From NCBI GenBank assembly GCA_964106915.2, contig OZ066929.1: a stretch of 64,000 bases of DNA, one strand, 5' to 3'. Under the pieces are notes generated by a model. It saw nothing but the letters and a program-made list of their open reading frames with translations, searched no databases and was not told the DNA's origin. Each line of letters starts with the position of its first letter. Position 1 is the stretch's first letter. Made by a program: the position numbers and the translations under genes. Below are positions 12,001-24,918 of the stretch, piece by piece. This stretch comes from Podarcis gaigeae. Taxonomy: Eukaryota.

Positions 12001-15000
12001 ATATTAGGGATGTTGCTGCTATTGACAGTGCTGCACTAGTCCAGTTTATTTGTTTAGGCCATTGGCCATAACAACAAGATGCTTTCCCTAAAAACCCAAC
12101 CCTCAAACCTTGCAGAGATGTGAATTTTGCCTGAAGTCAGGTGCCACAGTGGGCTGCTGCCTGACCTCCTGCACAAGCAACTATCACTTCATGTGCTCCC
12201 GGGCCAAGAACTGTGTCTTCCTGGAGGATAAGAAAGTCTACTGCCAGCGTCACCGGGACCTGATAAAAGGAGAGGTGAGCCCAGCCACCACCCCCAGGCC
12301 TTTGCCCAGCTGTACTCCCACCCACCCCCATTTCCCTGCTCTTCTCAGCTCAGGCTGTGTGTTTTCACCTTAATACTGTATAGGCCCCTTTTTGTGTGTG
12401 CTTGCTGTAGGTGGTTCCCGAGAATGGCTTTGAAGTCCTAAGAAGAGTCTTTGTGGATTTTGAAGGGATTAGTTTGAGACGAAGGTTTCTTCATGGTCTG
12501 GAGCCAGAGAACATCCACATGATGATTGGTGAGGGCCCTCTGCCTCTGGCCTTGGCAATGTGCCTGGTGGAATTTGGTTACTGCTTTCCTCACACAGAAC
12601 TTTGCCTCTTTGGTTTTCTTGTAGGGTCCATGACGATTGACTGCCTCGGTATTCTGAGCGATCTGTCTGACTGTGAAGACAAGCTGTTCCCCATTGGTTA
12701 TCAGTAAGTAGGAGCTGTCTCCTGAATAGGCAGCAGCAGCAGCAGCAAAATCCATGTCATTTTCCCTGGAAGATGCCGTGAGGACCACCCAGGAAGTCTT
12801 TGGCCTTCCTTCTCCTCTTGCCCCAGGGAAGGGCTTTTGCAGGCATGCACAGCTCTCTGTGTAGATGTTGTAACTTTCAAATGTTTTCCCAGGTGCTCTC
12901 GAGTGTACTGGAGCACAACGGATGCTCGGAAGCGCTGTGTGTACACTTGCAAGATCATGGAATGCCGCCCTCCTATTCTTGAGCCAGATATCAACAGCAC
13001 AGTAGAGCACGATGACAATAGGACCATCACGCACAGCCCCAGGCCACTTTCAGGCAAGTTTCTGCAGGCATGGCTTGGCTTGAGATTGTGGCCTTTGTGC
13101 CAGACCTGTGGGTGCCTGTTTTTTGTACTGCTCAGCTCTTCCAAAGACAAAAGCTTCCTTCTTCTGGTCAGTCTTTGCTATGAGACAGGGCTTGTAATAC
13201 CTTTTGGTGACAGCAGTAGCAGCACACACTTGGAGTAGGGCAAAAAAGGGGGGGTTCCCTGGTAAAGATCACATCCTCTACTTTGGCTATAGGTTTTGGA
13301 GTGGATCCTGGCTCTTGTTCCATAACTGAGTCACAGAATCATAAGTGTTGGGAGGAACATCAGGGGTCTTCAACTCCCAACTCTGCTCTGTGCAGAAAGA
13401 CACTCCAGCATTTGCCCAGGTGTCATGCGTTTCTGGAGACTAGATTATGGCATGCTTGATCTGAAACAACAAGGGACTTTGTCCTTCTGAGATGTTTGGA
13501 GCATGGTGGGGGTGTGCTTCTACCTAGTACTCTTAATGTTTGGCGCTCACCTGCTCCCAATGACACATAATGTCCAGCTTTGCATTCTGGCTTTGGCCTA
13601 GATGCCAAAAGACTGCAGCCTTTTTTTCTTTCTTTTTTCCCCCCTCTTTTACTTTCTGCCTCCCTCCATGTATAAAGATTTTTCTGTCAACATTCTCTGA
13701 GAGAGAAAGAAAGGATGTTATTGAGGGAAAAGGCCTCTAGTACTCCCCTACTTCCTTGAAGCTGTTTTGTTCAAATGCAGCCTGGGTTTTGCCTGAATCC
13801 ATAAGTTCCTTATTTCTTTTTCTTCTTCATCAGAAATTCCAGCCAGAGAAGGCCATGCAGTGTCAGCGGTTGTGAGCACTCCCTCTTCAGACTTCCTGCC
13901 ACATTCTCAGAACTGCAGGGCTCTGCGGATCAGAGCGCCAAGTTTTCCTCCTGCCCTGCGATCTCCTGGTTCAAGGCCATTGCCCTCTGCAGGTCTGGCC
14001 CTCCACCTCCCTCTGCTGCTTTCTCTGGTTTTCTTTTGACGTCTGTTCATTCTTTGTTTAGCAATTTCTTCAGGCTGTCCTCAATGGCATGGAACCTTGT
14101 TTCCACCTTCTCTATTGGGTTTAGGGCTTAATAAGTGCTGGGGTGCAAAAGACTTGTTGTCCGTCCTCATCATCAAAGGCCAAGTGCTGAGGATGCTGGT
14201 AGAGGGGGGCATCTTCAGTCATTTCCCCTCCCGCTTTCTGGGCATCTCACCTACATACTTAACATGTAGTTTTTCCTCACATTTAACCTTGTTGTGTGAA
14301 CCATGTTTGAGTTGTTGACAACTTGTAAGCCTCCCTGAGCTTTTGGGCCGAGGTGGGCTCCATTTTTAAACAGAACTGAACTAAGAACTCTAAACCACGC
14401 CTTGAAGGATAATGTTCTTTGCAAATTCTGCTCACCAACCTCCTAGCTGGTGACTGACTCACCTTGTGAGTGGCCTAGGTGAGAAAAGGCCTGTCAGAAT
14501 ATTGAAGCACAGAACTCCATCTGCAGCTCAGATGGCCACCCTTTCCTCTTCCCCAGCCATAGGAGTTTGTCAGGGGGCTGGATCAGAGTTTGAAAGAACC
14601 TCAGGGAAAGTTCAGTCTGCTGTTCTTACAGTTAAGAAATATTTCTGGGTAGGCAAGACCAAACATGCTCCTGTGCAACTTGAAGTCAGAAGGAAAAAGT
14701 TATAGAGTGTTTGTTTCAATGAAGCCAACAGTAGAAGGAATAATTAGATCAAGAAAGCGGTTGACTCTGGGGGTTTAGGCTTTACTTTACTCCTTGTCTG
14801 CATAGATCCAGATATTTGCATTCAGTAAAAGGTAAAGGTAAAGGTACCCCTGCCCGTACGGGCCAGTCGTGTCCGACTCTCGGGTTGTGCGCCCATCTCA
14901 CTTAAGAGGCCGAGGGCCAGCGCTGTCCGCAGACACTTCCGGGTCACGTGGCCAGTGTGACGAAGCTGCTCTGGCGAGCCAGCACCAGCGCAGCATACGG

Positions 15001-18000
15001 AAACGCCGTTTACCTTCCCGCTATAAAGTGGTACCTATTTATCTACTTGCACTTAAGGGTTCTTTCAAACTGCTAGGTGGGCAGGAGCTGGGACCGAAAG
15101 ATGGGAGCTCACCCCGCCGCAGGGATTCGAACCGCCGACCATACAATCGGCAAGTCCTAGGCACTGAGGTTTTACCCACAGCGCCACCCGCGTCCCTTTT
15201 GCATTCAGTAGATGACCTCAAACTCAGTTCTAATATTCTTCCCCATCTTCTATCTTTTCCCAGGGAGCCCCACCCACATTACACACGAGATTGTGACTGT
15301 GGGAGACCCCTTGCTGTCATCTGGACTTCGAAGCATTGGCTCCAGACGACACAGCACCTCCTCTCCTCTGCCCCCTCCACAGTTGAGGTCCTGGATGATG
15401 CCTTCCAGCAGAGCTGGGGTCACTCACTCCTCCAGGCACAGCATCTCTTCAACACCCAGCCTGTCTCCCTTGCCAGAACATGACTTGAGCACAAAGCCTT
15501 CAGAGCGTTCTTCGGGTCCAGCAGCTGGACGCATTGCCACCCAGAGTAGCTCTGCCCCTCCCTGTGGTGGTCAGAGGCCAGCAGGGACAGGTGGAGGAGG
15601 CACAAGCACTTCCTTGGAGGGAGCGCTGTCAATAGAAGCAATGGGGCCTCCGGGGACAGAGAAGAGCAAGCTGATGGGCCAAAAAGATGCAAGTTCTTCC
15701 CTGGGTAATTTGAAGGCCAGTACTCCTGTGCAGAGTGCTTCTGGCACCGAGCCAAACACCAGCAAAGTAGGGAAGCTTCCAGAGCCCTCTTCTGGGCTGT
15801 TTTCTTCCAAAGAGGCAGTAGCCTTTCCACCTTTACATCAGAGACCCCCAAAGAAGGAGCAAGAGCAGCAGGTGGATCTTGTAAAGCCAGAAAAAAACTG
15901 CTCTTACGAGGACCCAGAAGCAAAGATCTCCAAGCTTTCTGGGGCAAGTAACAGATCTCCTCCTTCCATAAGTGACCCAGCACCTTCTGCAGGCAGAGAT
16001 AGGCGGCAGCAGAAGGGGAAAAGGGGAGCCAAAGAGAGACATTCCAATAAACTCTTTACAAATCCGAGCCTCCTCACACCTAGCAACAAAGACAGCGCAG
16101 AGCCAGAATTCGTTCATCAAGCTGTGACGCCTGAGCATGTGAACCAGAAGCTCTGTAACAATGTTGTGGCTTCAGAGAAGGCCACCGATAGACAGCTGCT
16201 TAACCAGAAGACCTCCAAGGTTCCTTCCCAGGGCGAAGTGGCCACTTCCAAGGATCTGCAGGCTTCCCAGAAGCGCACAGTGAAAGTCACGTTGACTCCT
16301 CTCAAGATGGAAGGTGATAGTCAGTCCAAGAACATTCAGAGGGAGGGTGATGTAGAATCTCAGCCTAAGGAGAGCAAACCAGCTTCCCTGGCACAATCCT
16401 CTTCCACTCCAGAACGGTCCGGAAACGGCTCCCTGGCTCAAGACAGCCCAGGTTGTGCTTCAGTCCCCGAGGCTCCAAGCGAGGCCTATCAGAGTCGCCC
16501 TGTTCAGGAGAGCAACTTGATGCTCCAGGAGACAGCCAAAGCCCAGGAAGACGGGGCCTACAAGCGCCGGTACCCCCGGCGCAGCGCACGGGCCAGATCC
16601 AACATGTTCTTTGGGCTGACTCCATTGTATGGCGTGAGGTCTTACGGGGAAGAAGACATTCCCTTCTACAGCAACTCCACTGGGAAGAAGCGGGGAAAGA
16701 GGTCTGCTGAAGGGCAAGTAGATGGTGCCGATGACCTCAGCACGTCGGACGAGGATGACCTTTACTACTACAACTTCACCAGGACAGTGGTCTCAAACAC
16801 GGAAGAGCATCTTGCTTCTCCTCACAACTTATTCCGGGAGGAGGAACAGTGCAGCCTTCCCAAAATCTCTCAGCTGGATGGTGTGGATGATGGGACAGAA
16901 AGTGACACAAGCATCACGGTGACAACCAGGAAAGTCAATCCAGTGACCAAAAGGAGTGGCAAAGAAAATGGAACGGAAAGCTTAAAACTTGATCGGAGCG
17001 AAGAGAGTGGGGAGAAAGCACAAGTCACCAAGAGCTCAGCTGGCCACAAAGCAGCTGAGCCCAAGATGGAGAACTGCCGCGTAAAAACCCAGAGCCAGGA
17101 TCCTCTGGAAGCTCAGCTGAGTTCTTTAGAGGCCAGCCGCCGCCCTCGTGCCAGCACCCCTTCGGAGAAGACCCTGCTGGATACCTTCAGTACAGAGCTG
17201 CTCAAGTCCGACTCCGACAATAACAACAGTGACGACTGCGGGAACATTCTCCCGTCTGACATCATGGACTTTGTGCTGAAAAACACCCCCTCCATGCAAG
17301 CCCTCGGAGAGAGCCCTGAGTCATCGTCCTCCGAGCTCCTGACGCTGGGAGATGGGCTGGGCCTTGACACCACCAACCGGGGCAAGGATATGGGCCTCTT
17401 TGAAGTCTTCTCTCAGCAGCTGCCAACCACAGAGCCTGTTGACAGCAGTGTTTCGTCATCCATCTCGGCAGAGGAGCAGTTTGAGCTGCCTCTGGAACTG
17501 CCTTCTGACCTCTCTGTCTTGACCACTCGGAGCCCGACAGTGCCCAGCCAAAATCACGGCAGACTTGCTGTCATTTCAGAATCCTCGCTCTCCTCCTCCT
17601 CGTCGTCGTCAGGAGAGAGATCACTCTTAGCTTTGCCTTCTACGGAGTCTGCTGAGAAGAGGGTGACTGTCACAGAGAAAGCTGCCTCCAGTGAAGGGGA
17701 GCCAGCTCTGCTGAGCCCACGAGTGGACCCAAGCCCTGAAGGACACCTGACCCCTGACCCCTTTATTCAAAGTCACATGGAAGCAGAGCACATAGCCAGC
17801 CCCCCATGTGGACCAGGAGAGCCAGGCCGTTCAGCCAGCCAAGACTTGGCCAGAAATAGTGGGACACCTGGTCTCCAAGTGCCAGTTTCTCCAACCCTCC
17901 CACTTCAGAATCCTAAGTATGGCCCAAACTCCACAGAGAACCCTGGCCCATCTCAGATTTCCAATGCTGCTGTGCAGACAGCCCCCCTCCACCTCAAGGC

Positions 18001-21000
18001 AGCTGCAGAAAAGCTCCTGGTGGTTAATCAGAACATGCAGCCATTGTACGTCCTTCAGACTCTTCCCAATGGTGTCACGCAAAAGATACAGCTGACCTCT
18101 TCTGTCAGTTCTGCGCAGGGCGTGTTGGAGGCCAGCGCTTCTGTGCTTGGGCCCCTGGGCCCAGGGCTGGCACTAGGGGCCGGTGTAAACCCCAGCTTGC
18201 CTTCCTCCTCCCAGCCTCTTTTTCCACCAACCAGCAAAGGGTTACTGCCGATGCCCCATCACCAACACTTGCACTCCTTTTCTGCAGCGCCCCAAAGCAG
18301 CTTCCCATCCTCCCTTGGCAGTCCTGCCTCAGGACTTCTGATTGGTGTCCAGCAACCACCTGACCCCGAAGCAAATCAGAGAGCCGAGATTGGGTCCACA
18401 GCCACCACGCCACCCTCTGGCCTCAGCAAGAAAAGGCAAATTTCGCGCTTGCCATCGCGCAAGAACAAAAAGCTTGCCCCTTCCGCCATCACCCCGTCTG
18501 ACATGGTCCCCAACATGACGTTGATTAACTTCACTCCTTCCCAGCTCCCCAGCCACCCAGGCCTGCTAGATTTGGGAACTGCCAGTAACCCTGCATCCCA
18601 CAGAACTGTCCCCAATATCATCAAGCGTTCAAAGTCTGGGATAATGTACTTTGAGCAGACCCCTCTGCTGCCCCAAGGGGTGGGAGCAACTGCAGCAGCA
18701 GTTGGAACACCCCCTAGCGTGGCTGGGCCAGACAGTGGTCATCTTGCAACTAGGCCAGTGACAGGCCTAGCCTCTGCTGGATCCATGCTGAATGTGGTGT
18801 CAATGCCGACATCATCAGCACCTTCCACAGGCACATCAGTCCCCAGCGGACATGGGCTGGGGAGGGGGTCCGTGGCACTACCTAGCTCTGGGCTGCAAGG
18901 GGTATCTGACATGGGCTCCATCAGCAACCTCTTAATCAAAGCCACTCAACAGAGCTTGGGTCTTCCGGAGCAGCACGCCGCAGTGCCACCATCTGGCTCC
19001 GGGATGTTTTCACCACTAGGCGATGCCTCATCGGCTCAGTCCACAGTCTCAGTGGCGGGGACGGCAGCATCCAGCATCTGTGTCTTGCCTTCTGCACAGA
19101 CTATGGGCATGACCACTGACCCTGAAGGATCTTACCAGCCTGGGCCTCTGACACAGATCCTGGCCAGCAAAACTGGTGCCGTCCCGCCTCAGGTGGACCT
19201 TGTGCCATCCCAAGCTCCTCCGCATTCAGGCTTTCCCCAGTTGGTGGACATCACTAACCCTGCAACACTGGAGCAAAACAAGACCACCTCATCCGTCACA
19301 CGTGCCAGCTCAACTTCTCCCGCAAGCTCCACATCCTCTGACCAGCTGCTTGGAAGCTCCTCCATGAAAGTCAAAGCCAAAGTGAAACGGTCTCAGCCCT
19401 CATCAGACAGCAGCATCAGCAAAGGGTCTGGGAAGAAGCACAAGATGTCTCACTTCTGGTCCACCTCCCCTGAGAAGCACATTCCCCAGCAAGGCACCAA
19501 CTCTGCGGCCCAGGACTTGGCTGGAGGGTAAGAGATGGAGGTCTTTGGTCTCCCCCCTGTTTTCCCAGCCCCTTCTGAACCCGTCATCCTTTTTATTTCT
19601 TTAGTACTTCTGCTGTAGAAACTTCTGCAACAAAGCCTAGATGGAAAACGAGCTTCATTCAAAAGCCAGCAGGCAGTCTGCTTGTCTGCCATTTGAACCA
19701 GGAAGCTGTCATGTATTTGATGCAGCTCCTGAATATGAGCTGTGATGCTTGAGGGCCTTTTCTTTGAAGGAAAGAGGGAGAAGCTGCTTGAGCTGCTAGC
19801 TGTTCATGCTACTGATCTTCTTTATTTGCAGCAGTGGGTGTGATGGGACTACTAAGTGGGAAAGTGTGTGTGGGGGGGGGAATTAGATTTGACGGCCTCA
19901 GTGGCAGCGCAGCTCAAGATCACCTCTTTTACTCCATATTATTATGAGAGATTCCTTTAGAAAACCCAACAGCTATGTTTTTAAAATGGAGTTTATCTTG
20001 TAAATGCTGCTTGATAAATGTTGCTTCTTGGAGAGCCAGAGAGGTTAGTCTTGCATTGGCTGCAAGTGGAGCATTATCTGGCTTGTGACTAGTCATTGTA
20101 GTATTCCTGAGTAATCTTGTCTGTTCCAGGATTCCTACCCTGAAGATGCACATGGAGGAAGAAGAGGAAGGGGCCGCAAGTGTAGAGCAGCCCCCACCCA
20201 AAGTGGCAGACAGGTAAGGCAGTCTCTCAGGTTGTGGTCATATCAAGAGTGTCTGTGTTTTATGTATGCTTCTGGGGTGGGAGGGATGTTGGCAGGCAGA
20301 GGTACACATGTGCCTGGCTGCACAAACATTGTTCTGCCCCAAGAAAGCAAGCATACTTCTTAATATGTGTTGGGCAGTTCCAACAATGAAACACTGATAA
20401 CCAGAGCCTACAGTGGGGTCACTCTACTGCTGACCTCAGAAGCTTTAAGTTTTCTCTACTTGCCTAAAACATGGAGACCCCTCTCAGAAAGCTCCAAGTG
20501 ATGTTCTTTGCATTGAACATCCCAGTTTTCCACCTGCCCTACTGTTTAGAAAGACGGGCAGTGCTGTGCTGTGGCTTGGTCCATTTTTTTGGAGCGCTTG
20601 CCACTCAGCCAAACGTATTATAAGTAGCAGGCCTCTCCATCCAGTGGAGACTCACGGCTCAGAGTGTTTTGTTTAGCTTCTCCCTTTGGCATCTGCTGGG
20701 GAATCAAAACTCCTAAAAGGCTTCAGTTGTTGAAACAGGAGCGGATTCTTGCCTTGTTTCCAGCTGTGCTTCTCTCCACAGGCAAATGGCATCTGTTCCA
20801 GAATCACAGACAGCACAGAGCACTGCAAGTGAGCAAGAGCCCACAGGTATGTTGTCCATCGACCTCAAGTACAAACTGAGCACCAGTTCACAGATGTTCC
20901 ACTTGGAAAGGCACATATATCTTCAAAATATTTTTTTGTTTTATTGTGTTTTTATACCTTGCTGGAAGCCACCCAGTGTGGCTGGGAAAACCCAGCCAGA

Positions 21001-24000
21001 TGGGCAGGGTATCAGTAATAAAATTACTATTATCACTCCCAGTTGTAAGCTTGCCCTATGATTCTCCTTGTATGACAGCCCTGCTTGAGAGAGCCCTCAG
21101 CAGCTCTCTTAGTTCATGAGAGCCTTTCCCTACATTCTTAATGTTCATTATTAGGTGGCTTTGGCTTTGCCAAGGACTCTGGAGGTAAGAAGATCTTGTT
21201 TTCCTTCCAGACTCCAGAGCTTCTGAGGATGAAGAGAGCACTTTCAGCTCCCCACTCATGTTCTGGTTGCAGCAAGAGCGGAAGAGAAAGGAGAGCCTCG
21301 CTGAGAAGAAGCCCAAGAAAGGATTGATCTTTGAGATCTCAAGCGATGATGGATTTCAGATCTGTGCTGAAAGTATTGAAGGTGGGAAATGGGGCAAGTG
21401 GGGCAGGTGACATCTGATGCAGCTGCTTTGGGGTTAGATGCATTTTCGCTGTGCTCATCTTACAAAGGTCACCTTTAACTGCTTTGCACCCTTTCCAAGT
21501 GCTGCAGGGGGCAGCCCTGCATGAAGTTTGCAGGAATGCAGAGCCACCTGGCAGCAATTGTGAATTTTACGGTTTAAAAAGGAGCGAAAGGGAAGCTTTT
21601 CTGGGACACTCCTCCCTCCCACTGAATCATTTCTTGTTTATCTTCATCTCAGAGGCCTGGCAATCCCTAACTGACAAGGTTCAGGAGGCTCGTTCCAATG
21701 CCCGCTTGAAGCAGCTATCCTTCGCAGGTAAGAAAGGCAGGAGCAGGGTTGGGAATTCCAAACCCCTTGCATGGATAGGAAGACAGTAAGAAAGTGCCTT
21801 GAATGTCACTGCTGTCCTGTAGGCCAAGACCTAGGCAGGGACTTTGCCATCTGGGCCTGCTTCCTTGCGCTACATAAACACTAGAAAGAGTCTCACAGGA
21901 TGCCCTGTTTTTTTAGGATACAGTACTTTGGTTGTACAAACAGCTTAAGGACAAAGAATGGGGTTTGTGCTTCTTTTAGGACACCCTCTGCATCTTTTAA
22001 GCCCATGCCTGGCCGTGGAGATTTGGGCCCATTTGAGCTGCTCCACCAGTTTCTAGAGCTGCTTTTTGCCTAAAGGCTGGGCCATGTTGCCACCACCACC
22101 ACCTGGCTTCTTCTTACAAGGAGGACTGAAGGGAGCCACTGGGCTCAGCCTGGGCGGGACAGCCTCTTCTACTAGCAAGCTGCCTTCCCTGTCTACTCTC
22201 TCCTTATTCCAGGTGTGAGCGGATTGAGGATGCTGGGAATTCTGCACGATGCTGTTGTGTTCCTGATAGAACAGCTGTCTGGAGCAAAGCACTGCCACAA
22301 CTACAAGTTCCGGTTCCATAAGCCAGAGGAGGCCAAGGAGCCCCCAGTGAACCCACATGGCTCTGCCAGAGCTGAAGTGCACCTCAGGTCAGTGGCAGAC
22401 TCTGCTCTCATTAAAACCAAAGCACCTGCTTCAGAGATCCTTCAGTGGTTTGGGGGTGAGGCTTTCTGTGGAGAGACAGTGAAAATAAATTCTTCTTCAA
22501 ATATCAGTTTGGCAGGGAGGCACATGAATAGCATGTCATCATTGAATGAACAGACCTGGGCCCAAGGTCAATGATGAACAGACTTGGGCCCAGGTGCTCC
22601 CTAGTTGGCATATAGGAGGAATCCAGGAAGGAGCGGGTTAACTGCCCCAACTGTTCAAGACAAGGAGGGTCACATGATGGAAGACCAGAGTATCTCTACC
22701 CCCAGGGAGGAAAAGGTTGCTAGAATCCCACAGAAGGCTCTACAAAGGGGCTGCTGTGGTTTTAGCTCAGACCAGACACTTTGAAGTTTCTCCACACAGT
22801 GTGGGGAGCCAGTGTAGAGCCTAGTGGGCTTCTGGCAGCCGGTCTGGGAATGTCTCATTGTCCTGGAGGAGAGAGGAGCATTGTGTGGCTTGTAAGGCAG
22901 CCTGTTAACCCTGAGAGCCAGTCTCACGCCTCTTGGATCTGCATTGCAGGAAGTCTGCCTTCGACATGTTCAATTTCCTGGCTTCTAAGCACCGCCAGCC
23001 GCCAGAGTACAACCCCAACGATGAGGAGGAAGAGGAGGTGCAGCTGAAGTCTGCCCGGTACATAGCGGGTGCGGAGGCGAGTTGGTGGGGAGGGCTAGAA
23101 GGCTGCTCATTTTTGATGTTGCCGGCAGTGGTGGGAAGCTAAAGAACGGGGAAGGGGTGCAGATTTTGCCTCCTGCAGCTGCCCCATAAGCCAGCCTCTC
23201 ATCAGTTGGCACTGCAAAGTGGCTTGTGGAGCAAGGTGGGGCTTGGCAGCTCAAAGGCCCCATTAGTTGAACTCTCTCAAGCAGCCTCTTTCTTCCTCTC
23301 TTCAGGAGGGCAACCAGCATGGACCTTCCCATGCCCATGCGGTTCCGACACTTGAAGAAAACCTCCAAGGAGGCAGTTGGTGTCTACAGGTAGGTGGGTG
23401 GGAGTTGGTAGGCACTGGCAGAGGAAGAGGGGGGCAGGGGGAGCACATTGCCCCCGGCAGCACGATCCCGGTGGGGTTCCATCACAGCTGCCACCACTGG
23501 ATGCCACGCCCCCGCCTGCTCTCCGCCGCTGTTGATAGGTGGAGGCCACCTTAGCAGGGTAAACGATGGGGAGGGTAGAACAGCCTGAGCCAGCATGGCT
23601 TAGCAGAACAGCAATGAGAAAGTGCCTGGAACGACTCTCCAAGGTCATGTGGACAGATCTGCTCCTAGCTGGGTGGCCTGCCTGCCTGCCTCCACGTTCA
23701 GGGTGAGGCTTGCTACCTCTATAGTTGCAGCACCTAACACCTGTGGCTGCGCTGTGTGTTCCTCCTTGGCAGGTCTCCTATCCACGGCCGGGGCCTGTTT
23801 TGCAAAAGAAACATCGATGCAGGAGAGATGGTGATCGAGTATGCCGGCAACGTAATCCGTTCCATCCTAACTGACAAGCGTGAGAAGTACTACGACAGCA
23901 AGGTAAGCCTTAGCAACAGCGGAGGCACTGCTGAAACCCAGCTGGTCATGAGTGCTGGCCACAGGGGCCCTGAGGTTCTCCTGAGCGAGGACAAGGGCTT

Positions 24001-24918
24001 CCTAGGCCTTCAGTAAAGCACTGGGAAAAGCAGGCCCTGGGTTCTTTGGTCGGAATGCACAGTGCAGGGGTCACCCTGCCCGCACTTGAGCAGTTCCTCC
24101 TTACGTAAGGCAAGTGCCAGCACTTAAGCCTTGGAAGCAAAAGAGGGATGAGAAGTGGTGGCTGCACAGGAAGAGGTTGATTTTCCTGCAGAAGGGAGGG
24201 GGGTCCTCAGCTGGGTTGTCCCTCCCACTTGCTTCACTAGGCAGGATTATGTAAATTAGGTTGAATTTACCCCTTAGTGGGTTGGCGACCCTTCCTTCTT
24301 GCCCAGCTCCCAGTGCAGGTAGGGTGACAGCTTGCCTGTAATCCTTTTCTGGGTTGCTGAGAAGAGAGGTTCTGTTGCTATTGCCTTCAGGAAAACTGGG
24401 AAGCAGAAGATGGCTCAGAGAGCAGCTAGTCCTCCCTCGCAGTGGCCCCTGTTCTCCCTTCAGGAGACTCTCCCTGGCATGTGTGAACTACGTCCTTTGG
24501 CAACCTTTTAAAAGGCGTGTTGAACAGGCATAGGTTGGCTTTTATGTTGCAGCTGGTCTTGTCTGAAGGGTTAGCTGTGGTGGTGCCCTGTGACCTGAAA
24601 CCATCCCATCCTCTCTCCCTGCCCCCTCCTCTCCTGGCCCAGGGCATCGGCTGCTACATGTTCCGCATTGATGACTCTGAGGTGGTGGACGCCACCATGC
24701 ACGGGAACGCAGCCCGCTTCATCAACCACTCCTGTGAGCCCAACTGCTACTCCCGAGTCATCAACATTGATGGGCAGAAGCACATAGTCATATTTGCCAT
24801 GCGCAAGATCTACCGCGGCGAGGAGCTGACCTACGACTACAAGTTCCCTATCGAAGACGCCAGCAACAAGCTGCCCTGCAATTGCGGTGCCAAGAAATGC
24901 CGCCGGTTCCTCAACTGA
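1..24918 (+). CDS. KMT2A: Histone-lysine N-methyltransferase 2A (MLL1), exons 4-36, 5'-partial
   Basis: Exons: 1-177, 400-634 (CXXC), 1411-1475, 1702-2085, 2448-2521, 2806-2934, 3497-3610, 4130-4276, 4694-4789, 5110-5230, 5576-5689, 6080-6264 (PHD1-3), 7519-7692, 8071-8181, 8460-8533 (bromodomain), 8872-9065, 9474-9580, 11050-11187, 12116-12274 (ePHD), 12411-12528, 12625-12703, 12893-13053 (FYRN), 13834-13992, 15264-19527, 20130-20213, 20782-20846, 21211-21381, 21653-21727, 22213-22387 (FYRC, Win motif [10 protein letters not shown]), 22950-23057, 23306-23389, 23773-23902, 24643-24918 (SET/post-[15 protein letters not shown]...[13 protein letters not shown]). Phases are consistent throughout, and the peptides ([35 protein letters not shown]) are recognisably MLL1. 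Confidence 0.98.
4427..4632. mobile_element. Non-autonomous hAT DNA transposon (MITE) in KMT2A intron 11
   Basis: 16-bp TIR CAGAGCTTTCCAAACT at both ends. Perfect 8-bp TSD GTCTAAAG at 4419-4426 and 4633-4640. Confidence 0.88.
7340..7440 (+). mobile_element. CR1-type LINE 3' end fragment
   Basis: ...gttggactagatgggactattggcctgatcctgcaggctctt resembles squamate CR1 3' termini (recognised from memory). Confidence 0.45.
9429..9465 (+). repeat. CT/CTTT low-complexity tract serving as the polypyrimidine tract of KMT2A exon 20
   Basis: Pure pyrimidine run ending a few nt before the acceptor at 9473. Confidence 0.8.
9840..10923 (+). mobile_element. Degenerate CR1 LINE (RT region and 3' end) in KMT2A intron 20
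   Basis: CR1 hallmarks: gtcagacctcatctggagtactatgttca, gaagagaagactgggg, gaggtctttgagcagaggctgga, gggttggactaga and a gattccatga tail. No intact ORF remains. Confidence 0.75.
14828..15196 (-). mobile_element. Full-length Sauria SINE in KMT2A intron 26
   Basis: (ACCTTT)n tail reads as aaaggt repeats on +. tRNA-like head GGGACGCGGGTGGCGCTGTGG with B-box GGTTCGAATCC on -. 13-bp TSD TTTGCATTCAGTA at 14815-14827 and 15198-15210. Confidence 0.92.
15264..19527 (+). CDS. KMT2A: KMT2A giant exon 27 (4264 nt), containing both Taspase1 cleavage sites and the CBP-KIX-binding transactivation domain
   Basis: Matches the 1439-aa ORF. QVD/GADD at ~16715-16735, QLD/GVDD at ~16871-16891, [19 protein letters not shown] at ~17234-17290. 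Acceptor cccag|g at 15263/4, donor gg|gtaag at 19527/8. Confidence 0.97.

Noticed and set aside
15115-15196. tRNA gene (A/B boxes)
   Set aside because: This is the tRNA-derived head of a SINE, as are 29230-29309 and 56100-56170.
14869-15483. 204-aa ORF
   Set aside because: Chance read-through of a Sauria SINE into an off-frame part of KMT2A exon 27.
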